Of a stretch of 64,000 bases of DNA, positions 50,192 through 62,535 are shown one piece after another. Origin of the DNA: Hydrolagus colliei (lineage: Eukaryota); contig CM068749.1 in the NCBI GenBank assembly GCA_035084275.1, forward strand, positions 17,546,001 through 17,610,000, in the 5' to 3' direction. How positions within the stretch are numbered: position 1 is the stretch's first letter; each line of letters starts with the position of its first letter. A model generated the notes under the pieces. It did not search any database, was not told the DNA's origin, and was given only the letters and a program-made list of their open reading frames with translations. The translations under genes were made by a program, and so were the position numbers.

Positions 50192-50933
50192 CAGTAGAAG
50201 CCCGTTTATCCGGCACCCGCGGGACCTGGCCAATGCTGATTAAAGCGCCTGCTGGATATTCCGGCGGCCCGCGGCCAAAAACCCACTACAAAAAAATTAA
50301 AGTTCTTTTAACGCAAACCATACACACCAAACTAAGTCATAACAGATAATAACAGAATATTATATTGGTACTTATTGTTAAAACTACTCTTTTGCGCTTC
50401 TCACCTTTACTGATTGAGGTTTACAGACAAGCGATTCTTTTCTAAATGGAGGATGCCAAGCAAGTGAAAAAAACAGCAGCGCGATTTTAAAGTTACGCGA
50501 CTTTACTAGCTGCAAGCCGAAGCCCGAGACTCTACTAGCGGCAAACCGAAACACTGCACCTGCGTGACAATGTGGGTTATCGGCTAGTGTTATCAGCTTG
50601 CCGCTAGTATGACTTTAAAGTCATACACACTCAGTTTTTTTCACCCTCTTGGCGTGCTCCATTTTAAAAAGAATCGCTGGACTATAAACCTCAACCGCAG
50701 CATCACGGATTCAAGCGCAGCATCTACCAGCAAATGTAAAAAGCGCAAGAGAGTAGTTTTAACAATAAGTATCATTACCTGTACAATATTCTGTTGTTAT
50801 TTATGGATTTACAAATGCTCCACTGCTATTGTTCCGGATAAGTTCCGGTTTCTCGAATGGGGACTTTTTTTTTGGCGTGCCGGTTATAAGGAAGTACCAG
50901 TGCATCGAGTCACGGATAAACGGGCTTCTACTG
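50192..50933 (+). mobile_element. Non-autonomous Tc1/mariner-superfamily (pogo/Tigger-like) DNA transposon, 742 bp
   Basis: Perfect 21-bp TIRs CAGTAGAAGCCCGTTTATCCG (50192-50212 / 50913-50933), TA target duplication on both sides, and a CpG-rich interior. Retains a KRKRVVLTI-coding remnant (50741-50767) typical of Tigger transposase N-termini. Confidence 0.9.
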
Positions 50934-52232
50934 TATTTAACACCTTGACGGTGATCGCATGTGATCAACAATAAGGGGATAAAATGGTGTAAATGTCCTT
51001 AAAGGCTGACGTAAAGGTTTGGCCTCTTCGAGAGAGATTGGCTCAACTTGTCATATCAGTGACATCAAATGCTTTCCGGCGATGTAATAGTGCAGCTCCC
51101 TCTGGCAAACTGTAGAGCAAATCCATCTCCGAGCTCCTAGACTCAGATGGCACCTCTCACAATGCTTAAAAGATGTGGCCAGATTGTCGATCCTCTACCA
51201 GATTACAAGTGAAGCAGGGCCATGGGAACTGAAATCAGATTTCTGCGTTAATGCCAGGAGCATGCAAGCTGCTACAGCTGCACCTCAACATTCGGTGTAA
51301 ATTTCAAACATTCTGCCCATTTGAATGTCGGTGGCGAATTATGGAGACATTGAGGTTTATCACACACACCACTAAAAGTAAAAAAAAATATTTTCATTAG
51401 AAGAGGACACTATACGAAAAAGATTCAACAAAAGTAATTGCTACGTTTTAGTGATTTGGGTAACTCAATTTGGGTAACTCACTACACAGAGAATGTTCAA
51501 ATAAGTTTTAAATGTAATTAACTTGATACATCAGGGACCATTTCTAAATTGAAAATAGGCAATATAACAACAACAACAACAAAATTATATTTGTATAGCG
51601 TCTTTCATGTCAGGAGGACGTCCCAAGGCACTGGCAAGAATGTTATTCAGTGACATAGGTGCTGCCTCAATAACAGCAGTGGGAAGGGAATTAACCCTCA
51701 AATACAGTCACTGCACTCCACAATACAATTCTAAGAGCTGGTCAGGGCAGGTTCTGGAAGAAGACCTGACTGAATTGAATGATATGGATACACTAAGTGG
51801 TCTCTGCTTGTTCCTGTGTTCACAAGATCTTTGTTTCTATGGTGTTTTGACACAAGGTATTGTATATTTAAGATATATTTTGACACAGTTGTTCGAATTA
51901 AAATAAGAGATATTTCCTGTAAATCTTCTCCTCTCATGCGCTGAAATGGTGAGTATTGGTGTTCAGCTAAGCAGCCCCAATGGGTCTAATTCTTGATTCT
52001 TTCACACTTTAAATCTACAGCAAATATACTTTCCAACAGGAGTTACAACATAGGGATCAATGGTGGGAACCGTGGTTAATTTTCTCTTGGCCTGGCTCAC
52101 TAACAGACACTTGAAACACCCACTATAGCCATGGCTAAATTAAACTAACCCAATACAATCCGAAGCTTGATCATCAGACCATCTTATTTTGGTTCTGTAT
52201 CAAACCATAAGATGCATTTACCCACTGAGCCA

Positions 52233-52410
52233 GCAACAACAACAACAACAAAATTACACTTGTATAGTGCCTTTCACATCAGGAGGACATCCCAAGGTGC
52301 TGGTCAGTCATTGTTTCGCACCCAAGCTGGGGTCGGGGATGGGGAGGGTGGAGGGAAAGGGGGGGATTTGGGGTGACCAATGGACCATCGAAGAGAAGGA
52401 TCTTGAGACA
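52233..52410 (-). mobile_element. Short L2 3' end
   Basis: (CAA)n, tail stem-loop, G-rich UTR and tcgaagagaaggatcttgag (minus strand LKILLF). Confidence 0.8.
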
Positions 52411-52514
52411 AATACGAGTTCTGAGGAATAGATTTCAATAGAATTACTTGAAAAACTTAAATTGGTATCCAAAGGTGAACTCTGCATTTATGTCATCCAC
52501 ATATGCTGTCAAAT

Positions 52515-52692
52515 AAAAATAATAATCGTTGCATTTGATATAGCGTCTTATCACGTCTTTGAAACATCTCAAAGCGCAACACAGGATGTAAAGTGAATTG
52601 ACTGTATACAGTATCTTGCAGGCGAAACACAGCAGCCAATTGCACACTCTGTGTCCGACAAACAGTTGTGGATTAAGGGACAACATTATTAT
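52515..52692 (-). mobile_element. 5'-truncated SINE
   Basis: Family tail and body in reverse orientation. Confidence 0.85.
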
Positions 52693-54186
52693 TTTCTTTT
52701 TTAAGGATTTTTAAAAAATGAGAATGAAGAACAAGGGTTGGGACTTGAACTTATGGATGTTCAAGTGGTTTTAAATAATACCAATGTAGATGAATCATGT
52801 CGATTACTGAAGAGTTCACTACACTAATGTAGGCTGATGGTTTTGAAAATAGATTACTTTATTGATACGCAATTATGTATTTGTTCTTGTCAATGCAATA
52901 ATTTTTTTTAAAAAAGATCTTCAATGCATTCCCAAGCAACTCTGCTCACTGCACTTCCACTTCAGAAAATAAAATCATTGGTTTTCTTTCAGACACCCTA
53001 GGAGTTCAAGGATTTGGGAGCAAGATTGTAAGCCATTTTAAACGCTGAAATTGAATGCATTGTTTGCCACAAAATATAAAGCACTTTCTGACTTACTGTG
53101 TTACACTCAATCATAACCCTTCAGTTCTTAATTGTTTAGTTTCAAGGGAATGTGACAAGGAGGCTTCTTTAAGCTGCAGGCGAAACTGGTGGAACAAAAA
53201 CTAAACTTTAAAGTAGCTGGCCTTGGCAACACATTTAGAAATAATTACTCTCCACTCTCACTAATATAATGTCCATGAGTCACCACTATTGTAACACCGC
53301 CTACGCGTACGTTGGTGAATGTTTCATAATAAAAGTTGAGCCAAACGAAAACGAGAAAGACCAGTAGCACCTGAAAAATAGGGGTCCTTTCACGTTGTCC
53401 TGTTGTTCTTGTCCTCTCATGTTCATGTTCTGTTATTTTTCCCCAAACTTTGTCCTGTCTCCTTTTGCTCTTTTTTATGTTTGTATTTATTTGCCTTGTG
53501 ACCTGTGTTATTCAGTCATATTCTGTGCTATCGTTGGAGCGTTCCATTAAGTGCAGTAGCTTTTGACAAGTAACAATGCCACATAGCCACGGCTCTTTGA
53601 GAGAAAGCATTCTTTTGCCTCAAATGGAAAATATTTCAACCACATCTGCTTAGAAATGGAAAATCTTGTTAAAAACACGTATCATCAAAGTCTACTCTTA
53701 ATCACAAGAGGACTTTCTTGCCCCTCAACTTTGTTCTTGCTTGCGATTTCATTTTAACCCGGTGTATTTATTTCCGCACTCACCCAAAATAAACAATCAG
53801 CTGCATTATAATTAAGGACTTGAATAACGTCTTCTCTAAAATATTCTTTGTACAGTAACAATGAAAACTCTGAAAGCCTTTCCTTGCAATTCAATGTGTT
53901 GTGATTCTCAGGCCCCCATATAACTCTATGAATCAGCTCCAGTTCATAAACATCCCTGTAAAGACTGAGAACCTGCAGACAGCATTACAAATGATAGCCT
54001 CACCAATCGGCTAAACTAATCTGTTTAGATAGAAGCTCCTCACAATGGCTCCAGCCCTCAATTAACATTCTAGTTTATTGACTTGAAAACTTACATTCAC
54101 TGGTCAATTCTCACACTGAATCCTTTCTTCTTTTATTTATTAGTAGCACTGGCTTCCTGTTCCATTCAGCATTGCTTTGAAGTGTA

Positions 54187-54500
54187 TAATAACCCTTGCA
54201 TTTGATATAGCACTTTTCACATCTTATTGACATCTCAAAGTGTTTCACAGAATATACTGTAAAGTGAATTGACTGTATATTTGTGGGAGAAATACGGCAG
54301 CCAATTGCGCACAGCAGTGTCCCACAAACAGTCGTGGATTGAAATGACCATTTTTTATTATTGTGTTTTCTTGGATGGATTATTATTAGGCACGTGGAGT
54401 AAGGAAACTTGCCTAAGGTTTCGCCCTGATCTGCCTGGATTCAAACACTGCTCTCACGCTTGTAAGGCGAGTGCTCTAACCTGAACTACAGGAACTTCAC
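54187..54500 (-). mobile_element. Near full-length SINE of the same family
   Basis: Head (gttagagcactcgcc..gtttgaatcc on the minus strand), Deu-like body and tail. Confidence 0.9.
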
Positions 54501-57339
54501 CACCAACATTAAAACATAGCTGCCATTCCTTCGTCCACCTGCTACCATCAATGACGTTTGATAGCCTAAGTCTTGGATAGTTCTGTGTTTTATATTGTAA
54601 CAGCTATATATGACTTTTATGAAAATTGCCTCAATTTTTTAAAAACAATAATATATTGAGCAATGACTTGTAGCTGGTGAGGGATTATATTTTATCCATA
54701 CTTGCTTCGAATCTACAGAGTAACTCTTTAATTAGGTGTTCATAGCTCCCTGCAGGGGGCTGATTGAACTTTTGTTAGCCTATTTAGGGCTAACCACAGA
54801 ACATTGTGTTCTAATTGCCCCTTCTTGAGACTGAAACATTGCTTCTTGAAGTGTTCACTTGCTAAATCGAGATTGGAAAAGGCTGTGAAGGTGTGACTCA
54901 AATGGCCTGCTTCCATTTTGAAAGATAGACGGAGGAAAATAGTCCCCAAAGAAGTTTTAAAATGATTAAAACAGTGGAATTAAAGAATCACTAGTACATC
55001 TCCATTTCTACCTTTTGAGAGCAACAACATAAAAGGAAGTTAAATATTTACAGTCAATGTGCAAACACTCCATTCGATTATCATTTAATATAAACCGCTT
55101 GCTGTTGTGATGGGAAGATGGTAGCCGGGTGGGTATTCTGGAAGCAGGAGATCAAATAGGCCAAAGGGCCTTCATGATCTGAACCAATCTTGGGAATATT
55201 GACAAATGATTGATTGTGCTCGATTGATTTTCAGATGACGTTGGAATGGGCCAAGACTGCAGCAGTTATAAAGGGCTAGAATCATCAGCATACCTGGTAA
55301 ATATGTTGGCAATACTGCAACAATTTTCAGGTACAATCTAATTGAGCAATGGCCATACCTGTACATGGAACAAACTTACCTACTTCAAGGACGATAACTG
55401 TATAACAATGCAGTTTAGGTGTGTCCTTAATTCAGTAAGATGATGTATCACAGTCATTTCAAAGCTCAACACAGCACTAGACTACTTGGTGCGAAAACAA
55501 AGCAACAAGATTTACATTCAGAAAAAAAGGAGTAACATTTATTTACTGGTTAAAAAAAAATTTTGAGTAAAAAAACAGCCATTTCACATAGATCAATGTA
55601 GGAGTAGAATTAGCACTAGCTAATCTGTAGTTTTGAAAGCATCAAGTGAACCGTAGGCATTGCTGCTGACTTTCATACTGATTGCAATTCTATAGAATGG
55701 ACAGTGTTGGTTTTGAGAGGTAAATTCTGACCCAGGAGATGGAAGTGGCAACAGCCTCAGGGGAAGAAGGGGTCATATGCATTCAGATATAACTCGATGC
55801 AAGAGAATGTGCCTGAAAATAATTTAGTCCCTTTAGTTTGGGATCCACTGATTTTCAAGTTCCTTAAATCAACACAAACAAGATTCACGGCTGTGTATAT
55901 AAATCATAAAGCGTTCTGTTGAGAGGCTGTGATTGCGTTTATTGGAAGAGGATTACGCATGTAGACTTCGAATATTTTGCAGAACCTTTCTACAAAAGGT
56001 GTATGTCAACATTTGCACCTGCAACATTTTTATGCTAGGTATCAGGTTAGGTTCTGACTTGTGTTGCAGTTTTGAATTATGAATGTATGGAGGTTTGGGG
56101 CTTTGGCTCTTTTGCTGCCAGAGGGCAGCTTCATATGTTTTAACTGGCTGCACATCTGCTATAATTTATTTTTGTATGATATAAATTTCATTTAAAAAAA
56201 ATGTTGCAGCAATTTATTTGCATTGTTAAAAATTCTCCTCAAAGCATTAATTTCCCCAGGGTTTTGAGACCTTCCATTGACGTGTATAATGTAAATCACC
56301 GATTGAGGCACAAATCCAATATATAAACCTAGGTAAGATATTAAAGGAAGATTTTATAACGTTTCTGGCTGGCTATCTTTCTAAGATTAATTTGCAAATC
56401 ACACATCATACATTTTGTTTCTTGAAATATGAAATCAATGCTAACTCCAGACCACAGTCTTGTGTACACAGTAAGTATTTTTGCTGTGGCACAAGCCAAT
56501 GTGGGATATTGTCTGCAGACCGGTATTTTTGTTGAGTGGTACCATCAGATGTACAAGAGGGAGCTGAGTAAGTGGTTTCTTGTTTTCAAGAAAAAATGTT
56601 GCTTAAAGTGAAAACTAAACACTTAATCAGCCTCAGGAGGAAAAACTGAGAGGGGCCCCTGCTCCAGCACCCTTAACACAACAGTGTGCAGCCAATGGCG
56701 CTGGTTGGGGTTGGATGAAGGGGCTTTATTATAACAGAATGTGATTTAATATGCTAAAAGGCAGACTTACATCAACAGATATTGAATTCAAGTTACAGTT
56801 CAGTCAAAACATCAGCAAGAGTTTATCCACGCTGTTTGTATTGGCACAAACAAGTCCTTGCTAAGTGCAATCCAAAGTGCTTGGCATAAAGTAGACTTTT
56901 CTTTCAGTGGCAATAACATGAACTCAAGCACCAATGAATGGAAATCATTTGGGGTAAATTAATTGCACCTTGAGTGGTGGGAAAAATTAGTTGTACTGTT
57001 TACTTTGTTTGGTGCTGGAGGTGTTCAAAAGAGGATATTCTTACATAGATGCAAGGTGTATGCATTACCTAAAATATTTAAGATTGCATTCCTGAAACAT
57101 ATTAGCTTCAGTTCCACATCACTGCTTGATCTTTACCTGTATGGGCTTGTAATGTGTAGGATGATGCTTTCATCAACGGCCATCAGAGTAATCACAAGAG
57201 AGTAGACTAAACACAATGCATTATGACTGTGCTATTGCTTACTGGTCTAAAAACAGGAACAAAAACAAGTCTACAATAATTAACAGCTTATGCAAATTCA
57301 GAATACAGAGTAATGTAAGTTAATTGGTTAAAAGAAAGG

Positions 57340-58075
57340 ATAAATACCTACTTGAGAACACTATTTGAAGACATCGAGATAACTGTGAAGGATGACTTGA
57401 ATTGCAGAGTTCAGGTTGATATGGAACTTGGGTAGGGAGCCTGGAGAACATGGCACTGGAGAGGTCATGTCTGGAGGAGAAGGAATTGACAACACTAGTG
57501 ATGAGGCTGTGGTGGAGATGCACAATGTTGCACAGATGGTAGAAAGCTGTCTTGGTTAGACACTTGAAGGAAAGTTAAAGATCATTAAGATCAGTTATGT
57601 TCTGTACATGCTCCACGAGTTGGAGGAAGCAACCGGGAAGGTTGAATACATGTCTGAAATGAGAAGATGGGAGCTGAGCAGAAAAGCCTCAGTTTTGTCA
57701 ATGTCAGTTTGGAGATTGTTAACATTCAAGACTTGACCACACGTGACCATTAGGGGGCAGGAGGAGAAGTCTTTGGAGGAGATAAAGTGCAGATACTGGC
57801 ACAGATAGGAATGAGGCTGGAAAAGTGCAGAGGCATGGGTGTGCTTCAGGGACACCCATGCCTGGTTATCAAAAGTGACAGAGGTCAAGGAGGCACAGAA
57901 GCTCTGGTTCTAGATTGCAGGATATTGTAACAAGATTGACTGGGGCCATCTCTGTGCTATGGGTAGAGCAGAAAGCCAGTTTGAAGGGATTCCTAGAGGA
58001 AGTGATGGGAGAGAAAGGAGGAAAACTGACGGCATATCCCAGCGCCTTGGAGAGGCAAGGTTGGAGGTGGGATAT
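57340..58075 (-). mobile_element. Old degenerate L2 ORF2 relic
   Basis: Minus-strand remnants resembling LQ.NIDKTEAFLL and SSRHDLSSAMFSRLP (SRLDYCNxLLxGLP-like). Confidence 0.65.
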
Positions 58076-59947
58076 TAATTTACATAAAGCATTAGTGTTA
58101 TACTAATTCAATGCCAGTATATCTATCCCATCAGTGATTTTCATCAGTCTACCTAGTAAACATCAGTATAGCTATTGTTTTAGTGTTGGTCTTCCCACTA
58201 CTATGTGGGCATCAATGTTGCTCATGCAAACAGTTGGGTCACAAGATACATGATACCTTATTGCACTGCGTTGAGATTTTCTGAATTACATTGCATGATT
58301 GTTGTGGAAATGGAGCGACTTGGATCCCCATCTCTGTGGTGCACTTTATTGGAGTTCCTGCGGTCTAAATGGGGCTATATATTAGATGTATTTACAGGCA
58401 TTTGCCGTGGTCTTCATCATTCTGGATGGGTGATTCTTTGCAGTCTCTAATGATGTTGTAAGATAATTATTCCCTGCTGTGTGCTTGATAACACAGCTGT
58501 ATGTGTGTAGAAAAAGAAATTAAATTTAAAGTCAGTGACCTTGTAAGAGCAGAACCTTTTAAATTAAAACAGCCAAGGGAGATGAAAAAGTTCAAAAGTG
58601 ATTGTATTTTAATTGATTTCTTTTTTATGTTGATTGTACTTAAAATTATGATGTAGTGTCTTGCAGAAAGTTCATTTTTAAAATAATAGGGATTAATTTT
58701 ATAACTAAAAAATTGAAAACAAAATGAAAACCTGTAGGAATGTGTGTTCGTAATTATTTTCTGTAAAAGCAATGTACATATTACTTCTAACCTTTTCTCT
58801 CCAGAACGTAAAATGGATCACTACACAGACACTATTATTGTAGCGTGACCTAGCATTACCCTCTGAAGTCTGTCATAGAATTTCTTCATTATTCAGTATA
58901 ATATGGCTTTGAATGTATTAGGATATTTAAAGAAAGCAAAATTGTTTCACACGTGACCTCTGCTTCATTCTAATTTTGAAATGCAAAATCTCAAATAGCA
59001 TAAAGTTACATTTCTGCTGTGATATGTGATTAAAGCACACAATCACGTCTGAGATATTGGGTTTGAATATTGGAAGGATTACGGGTCAGTATTGCATATT
59101 TTACATTTGGACATATTCAGGTCAGGGTATCGGTAAGCTTCATTCTAACTAGATTGTGTTCAGTGATTTATGCAAGACCGAAGTCAATATACTCATTATT
59201 GCAGCACTTGAATACCTTGCTATAATTCTGCTGAGGGAATTGTGTCACCAAAAAATTAAAATCTATCGATTGCCTTTAATGTACTAATAATATCAGGTAA
59301 TGATCCTTAGCAGCAGAACTGAGAAGTTATTACCTCCGGGCACCTGCGATCAGGAAATACCGGACTGCAGTCAATCACAATCCCAAAGGAAGACAGGAAT
59401 AACAGGTTGTTTCAGGAAGAAGCTGAAACCTCCATTAGCCCCTTCAGAGAACTAAAGTTTTTTTTCCTGAATAAACTTTCCAACATTTACTTGCATGAAG
59501 CAGATGGAATAAAAACTCGCAGGATAGATTGCGAATAAAGTATGGGAATGTGGAAAGTGCTAGTGATTTGTGCACTTTCCATCAAGGGAGTATTGCCGAT
59601 TCCTGCAATAGGTACTATTATTTGTGCAAAGTGGGTGACAGTCCAACGTTATGTACAGCTTTCATTGCACTTCACTGACTGCATCAAGTACCCTTGAGGC
59701 CTGAGGGAACTTATTGGATGGAGATGCTGCAGAAAGGGGCAATGTTTAAGATCTTTTGGATCAAGTCTCCGGCTCTTTTCATTTCTTTCAGTACATTCTT
59801 AACGGAATGATTTTAACTCATTTTACTTCTGTTCACGTCATTTGCGCTCATTAAATGAACAACATATATGAAAAAAAATGTACATTGAGTTGCTTTTCTG
59901 CAAAATAAGTGAAGAGACAATTTTTCTGCACTGTTTGAGTATTGTTT

Positions 59948-60538
59948 GTACGGAAATTCTCTCCTAGTCTGCCTCCCCAGTTCCTCCATTCATAGGCTGC
60001 AGGCCATCCAAAACTCTGCAGCCCGTGTACTATCCCGCACCCGCCTCCGCGACCACATAACCCCCACCCTCGCCCGTCTCCACTGGCTCCCCATCCTCCA
60101 GAGGATCGAGTTTAAGATCCTCGTCCTCACCTACAAGGCCTTACACGGCCTTGCCCCATCCTACTTAACCGATCTACTCTCCCCCTACACGCCCACCCGG
60201 ACCTTCCGTTCAACAGGACTTGGCCTGCTCCAAGCCCCCTGCCCGAACCGCCCCACCATCGGAGGCCGGGCCTTCAGTTTCTCCGCTCCCACCTTATGGA
60301 ATGCCATCCCTCAATCCCTCCGTTTCGTCTCTTCCCTTTCCTCTTTCAAGGCCGGTTTGAAGACTTTCCTCTTCGATCGTGCCTTTTGTTCCACCCCGAA
60401 CTCTTTTACCTCCCCTTCGTGTTTCACCCCTTCCCAAACACTCCCCTCCCAGCTCCGGTCACACGCCTCCTGTTCAGCGCCTTGGGATGTCCTCCCGACG
60501 TGAAAGGCGCTCTATAAATGTAAATTGTTGTTGTTGTT
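59948..60538 (+). mobile_element. 5'-truncated L2 LINE, best-preserved copy (ORF2 C-terminus plus 3' tail)
   Basis: ORF 59946-60503 contains YGNSLL..LP...LQAIQNSAARVL..HITPTLARLHWLPI..RIEFKIL..TYKALHGLAPSYL..GGRAFS..APTLWN..FKAGLKTFLF, the classic L2 ORF2 end. It is followed by a stem-loop tail and (TTG)n. Confidence 0.95.
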
Positions 60539-61002
60539 TCGACACATCACAGTACAGTGACATTTTGACAAAACTATACACCATGCCAGAAGGCCACAAT
60601 CCAATCAAACTGATCTTCAGCACTTTAAAATATGACTCAAGGTTTGAGAAAATATTGTTTTAAGTGACATTAAATTACAAAGTTAATCAATGCAACAATG
60701 TGCTACAACGCATTGATTCACTGTGTTTGTCACCATCTGATCATTTCACAATAATAAAGACTGGCTGGCATTCATATTGTATTGTAAAATAAATGAACTA
60801 AGGAAACAACGACAGTTATAATTTAACGTCTTAGATCACTAAAGCATGTAATATGTACTCTTTTTATACCTACGTGGTATACGTGAAATACGTGGTATTT
60901 CTAAAAGCTACAGTGGTATATAATGCCAGTGGCGCACAATGCAAGTCCAAACATCAATGCACTGGGTTTGTATAAGATTATTGGTGCAAAACCAATATAT
61001 CT

Positions 61003-61148
61003 CGCCTCAAGACTCTCCTCTTCGATGGACTCGTCGGCAACTCCTCCCCCCACCCACCCAGCACAGGTCTGAAGCAGTACCTGTCCAGTCCCTTGGGACG
61101 TCCTCCTGATGTGAAAGGCGCTATACAAGTGTAATTTTGTTGTTGTTG
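61003..61148 (+). mobile_element. Short L2 3' end
   Basis: cctcaagactctcctcttcgat ... ccttgggacgtcctcctgatgtgaaaggcgctatacaag..(ttg)n. Confidence 0.8.
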
Positions 61149-61530
61149 ATGGTAGTACCAGAGTAAAAATATGAACAAACCACAATGTGTTTTTTGTCTC
61201 CAGCTCATATACCTTCTCTAAGTCATATGGATTTTGTTGGGTAATTAAGTACCAGCATTGCCCAGTTACTTTTTAATTACTTGAACAATATTAGTTCTTA
61301 CCTACAGCTATTTTTTCACACAGTTCACTGTGCAAATCATTCACGTCCCAGAAAAAAAAACTTACATTGATTAAGCTCCAAAGACCAGTCAATTATTAAA
61401 TTTTTTCCCGCTGACAGTTCAAATCAGTAAGGGAGTTGGCTTGATTAATTAAATTCTTCTTGGGGATCAAACAGCATAATTTTTTTTCTTTTAATTGGCA
61501 TTGGAGTGGTGCAGAGCGCTAAAAGCAAGA

Positions 61531-61584
61531 GTGGTACAGTGATGTATAGTGCTACAGTGGTACACAGTGGTACTGTGGTACATA
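61531..61584. repeat. Three imperfect 18-bp tandem units
   Basis: gtggtacagtgatgtata / gtgctacagtggtacaca / gtggtactgtggtacata. Confidence 0.8.
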
Positions 61585-62029
61585 ATACAAGTTCAACATC
61601 AGTGAATTCCACAGGAGTACATTTAGTCCATAAGTGCAGAACTAGAGTAGATTTAAATGAACAATCCTCAAACCATATGAGAAGTGAAAATAATTTTCCT
61701 ACATCTCCCCTGAGTAGAGGGTGTGTGACACAGATTTCCAACAAAAGCAGCAGACACAAATTTAATAAGTATCTGTTGGGATCAGTTAAAGAATTAGAAG
61801 AAAAGTTTGAAGATATATTCATTACAGACAAATTATCAAAGGACAATTGAGGCCTCGTAAAAACACAAGATCGGTAGTTGGAAGGGAATTTAAAAAGAAA
61901 TAAAATAGTGTTCATTGCAGCAATTGGTTGTATAACCTTTCCAGTATTTGGAGGGGTAAGAGATGCATTAGCTTTTTTTTGAGAAAATAGAGATCGGTAA
62001 TGAAGTGGAGATTAAAAAATGAAGTGTTT

Positions 62030-62535
62030 GAATATTCATTAGAAAATGTGACTTGATGGAACTCATCCATTAATATTTAAGAAAATTAGAGTAGAAGTAG
62101 GGGGAGCTGAGCCTGGAATATTTTGCAACTCATTAATTGAAATTGTTATATCAGGATATTAGGAAATAGATAATGTCGATCCTTGTTTTGCAAAAAAAAG
62201 TCATATTTATGATTCTGTTAGTTAGTTAGTTAGTTAGTCAGTTAGTTAGTTGGTTAAGCGATATGGGACAAGGGTTGGTAAACACAGTTGAGATACAGAT
62301 CAGCCATGATCTTATAGAATGGTGGAACAGGCTTGAGGGGCTAAATGGCCTACTCCTGTTTGTATATTTTAAAGGAATTCATCCAAGCGCATGTAATAAA
62401 TGTAAAGGCGATAATTCCAGGTCTACACTGGTTTATGAAACTTAAGTAATGCCTAAAAAGACAAGTTGGAACAGATTGGTCCACAAGAATAGTCTAGTGT
62501 GTGTTATACATTTGGATTTTCAGAAGGCATTAATG
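62030..62535 (+). mobile_element. Degenerate CR1 ORF2 relic containing a (GTTA)n tract and a CR1-type 3' tail (62255-62360)
   Basis: DGTHPLIFKKI.. and IHLDFQKA remnants. Tail gatcagccatgatcttatagaatggtggaacaggcttgaggggctaaatggcctactcctg. Confidence 0.7.
62217..62256. repeat. (GTTA)n microsatellite
   Basis: gttagttagttagttagttagtcagttagttagttggtta. Confidence 0.9.

Noticed and set aside
59946-60503. Longest ORF (185 aa) as a host gene
   Set aside because: It is the C-terminus of an L2 ORF2, 5'-truncated, without an ATG, and it runs into the LINE tail.
61445-61915. Overlapping 156-aa (-) and 114-aa (+) ORFs
   Set aside because: No recognisable domain or splice context. Openness is partly due to an 18-bp tandem repeat, and the region abuts a decayed CR1.
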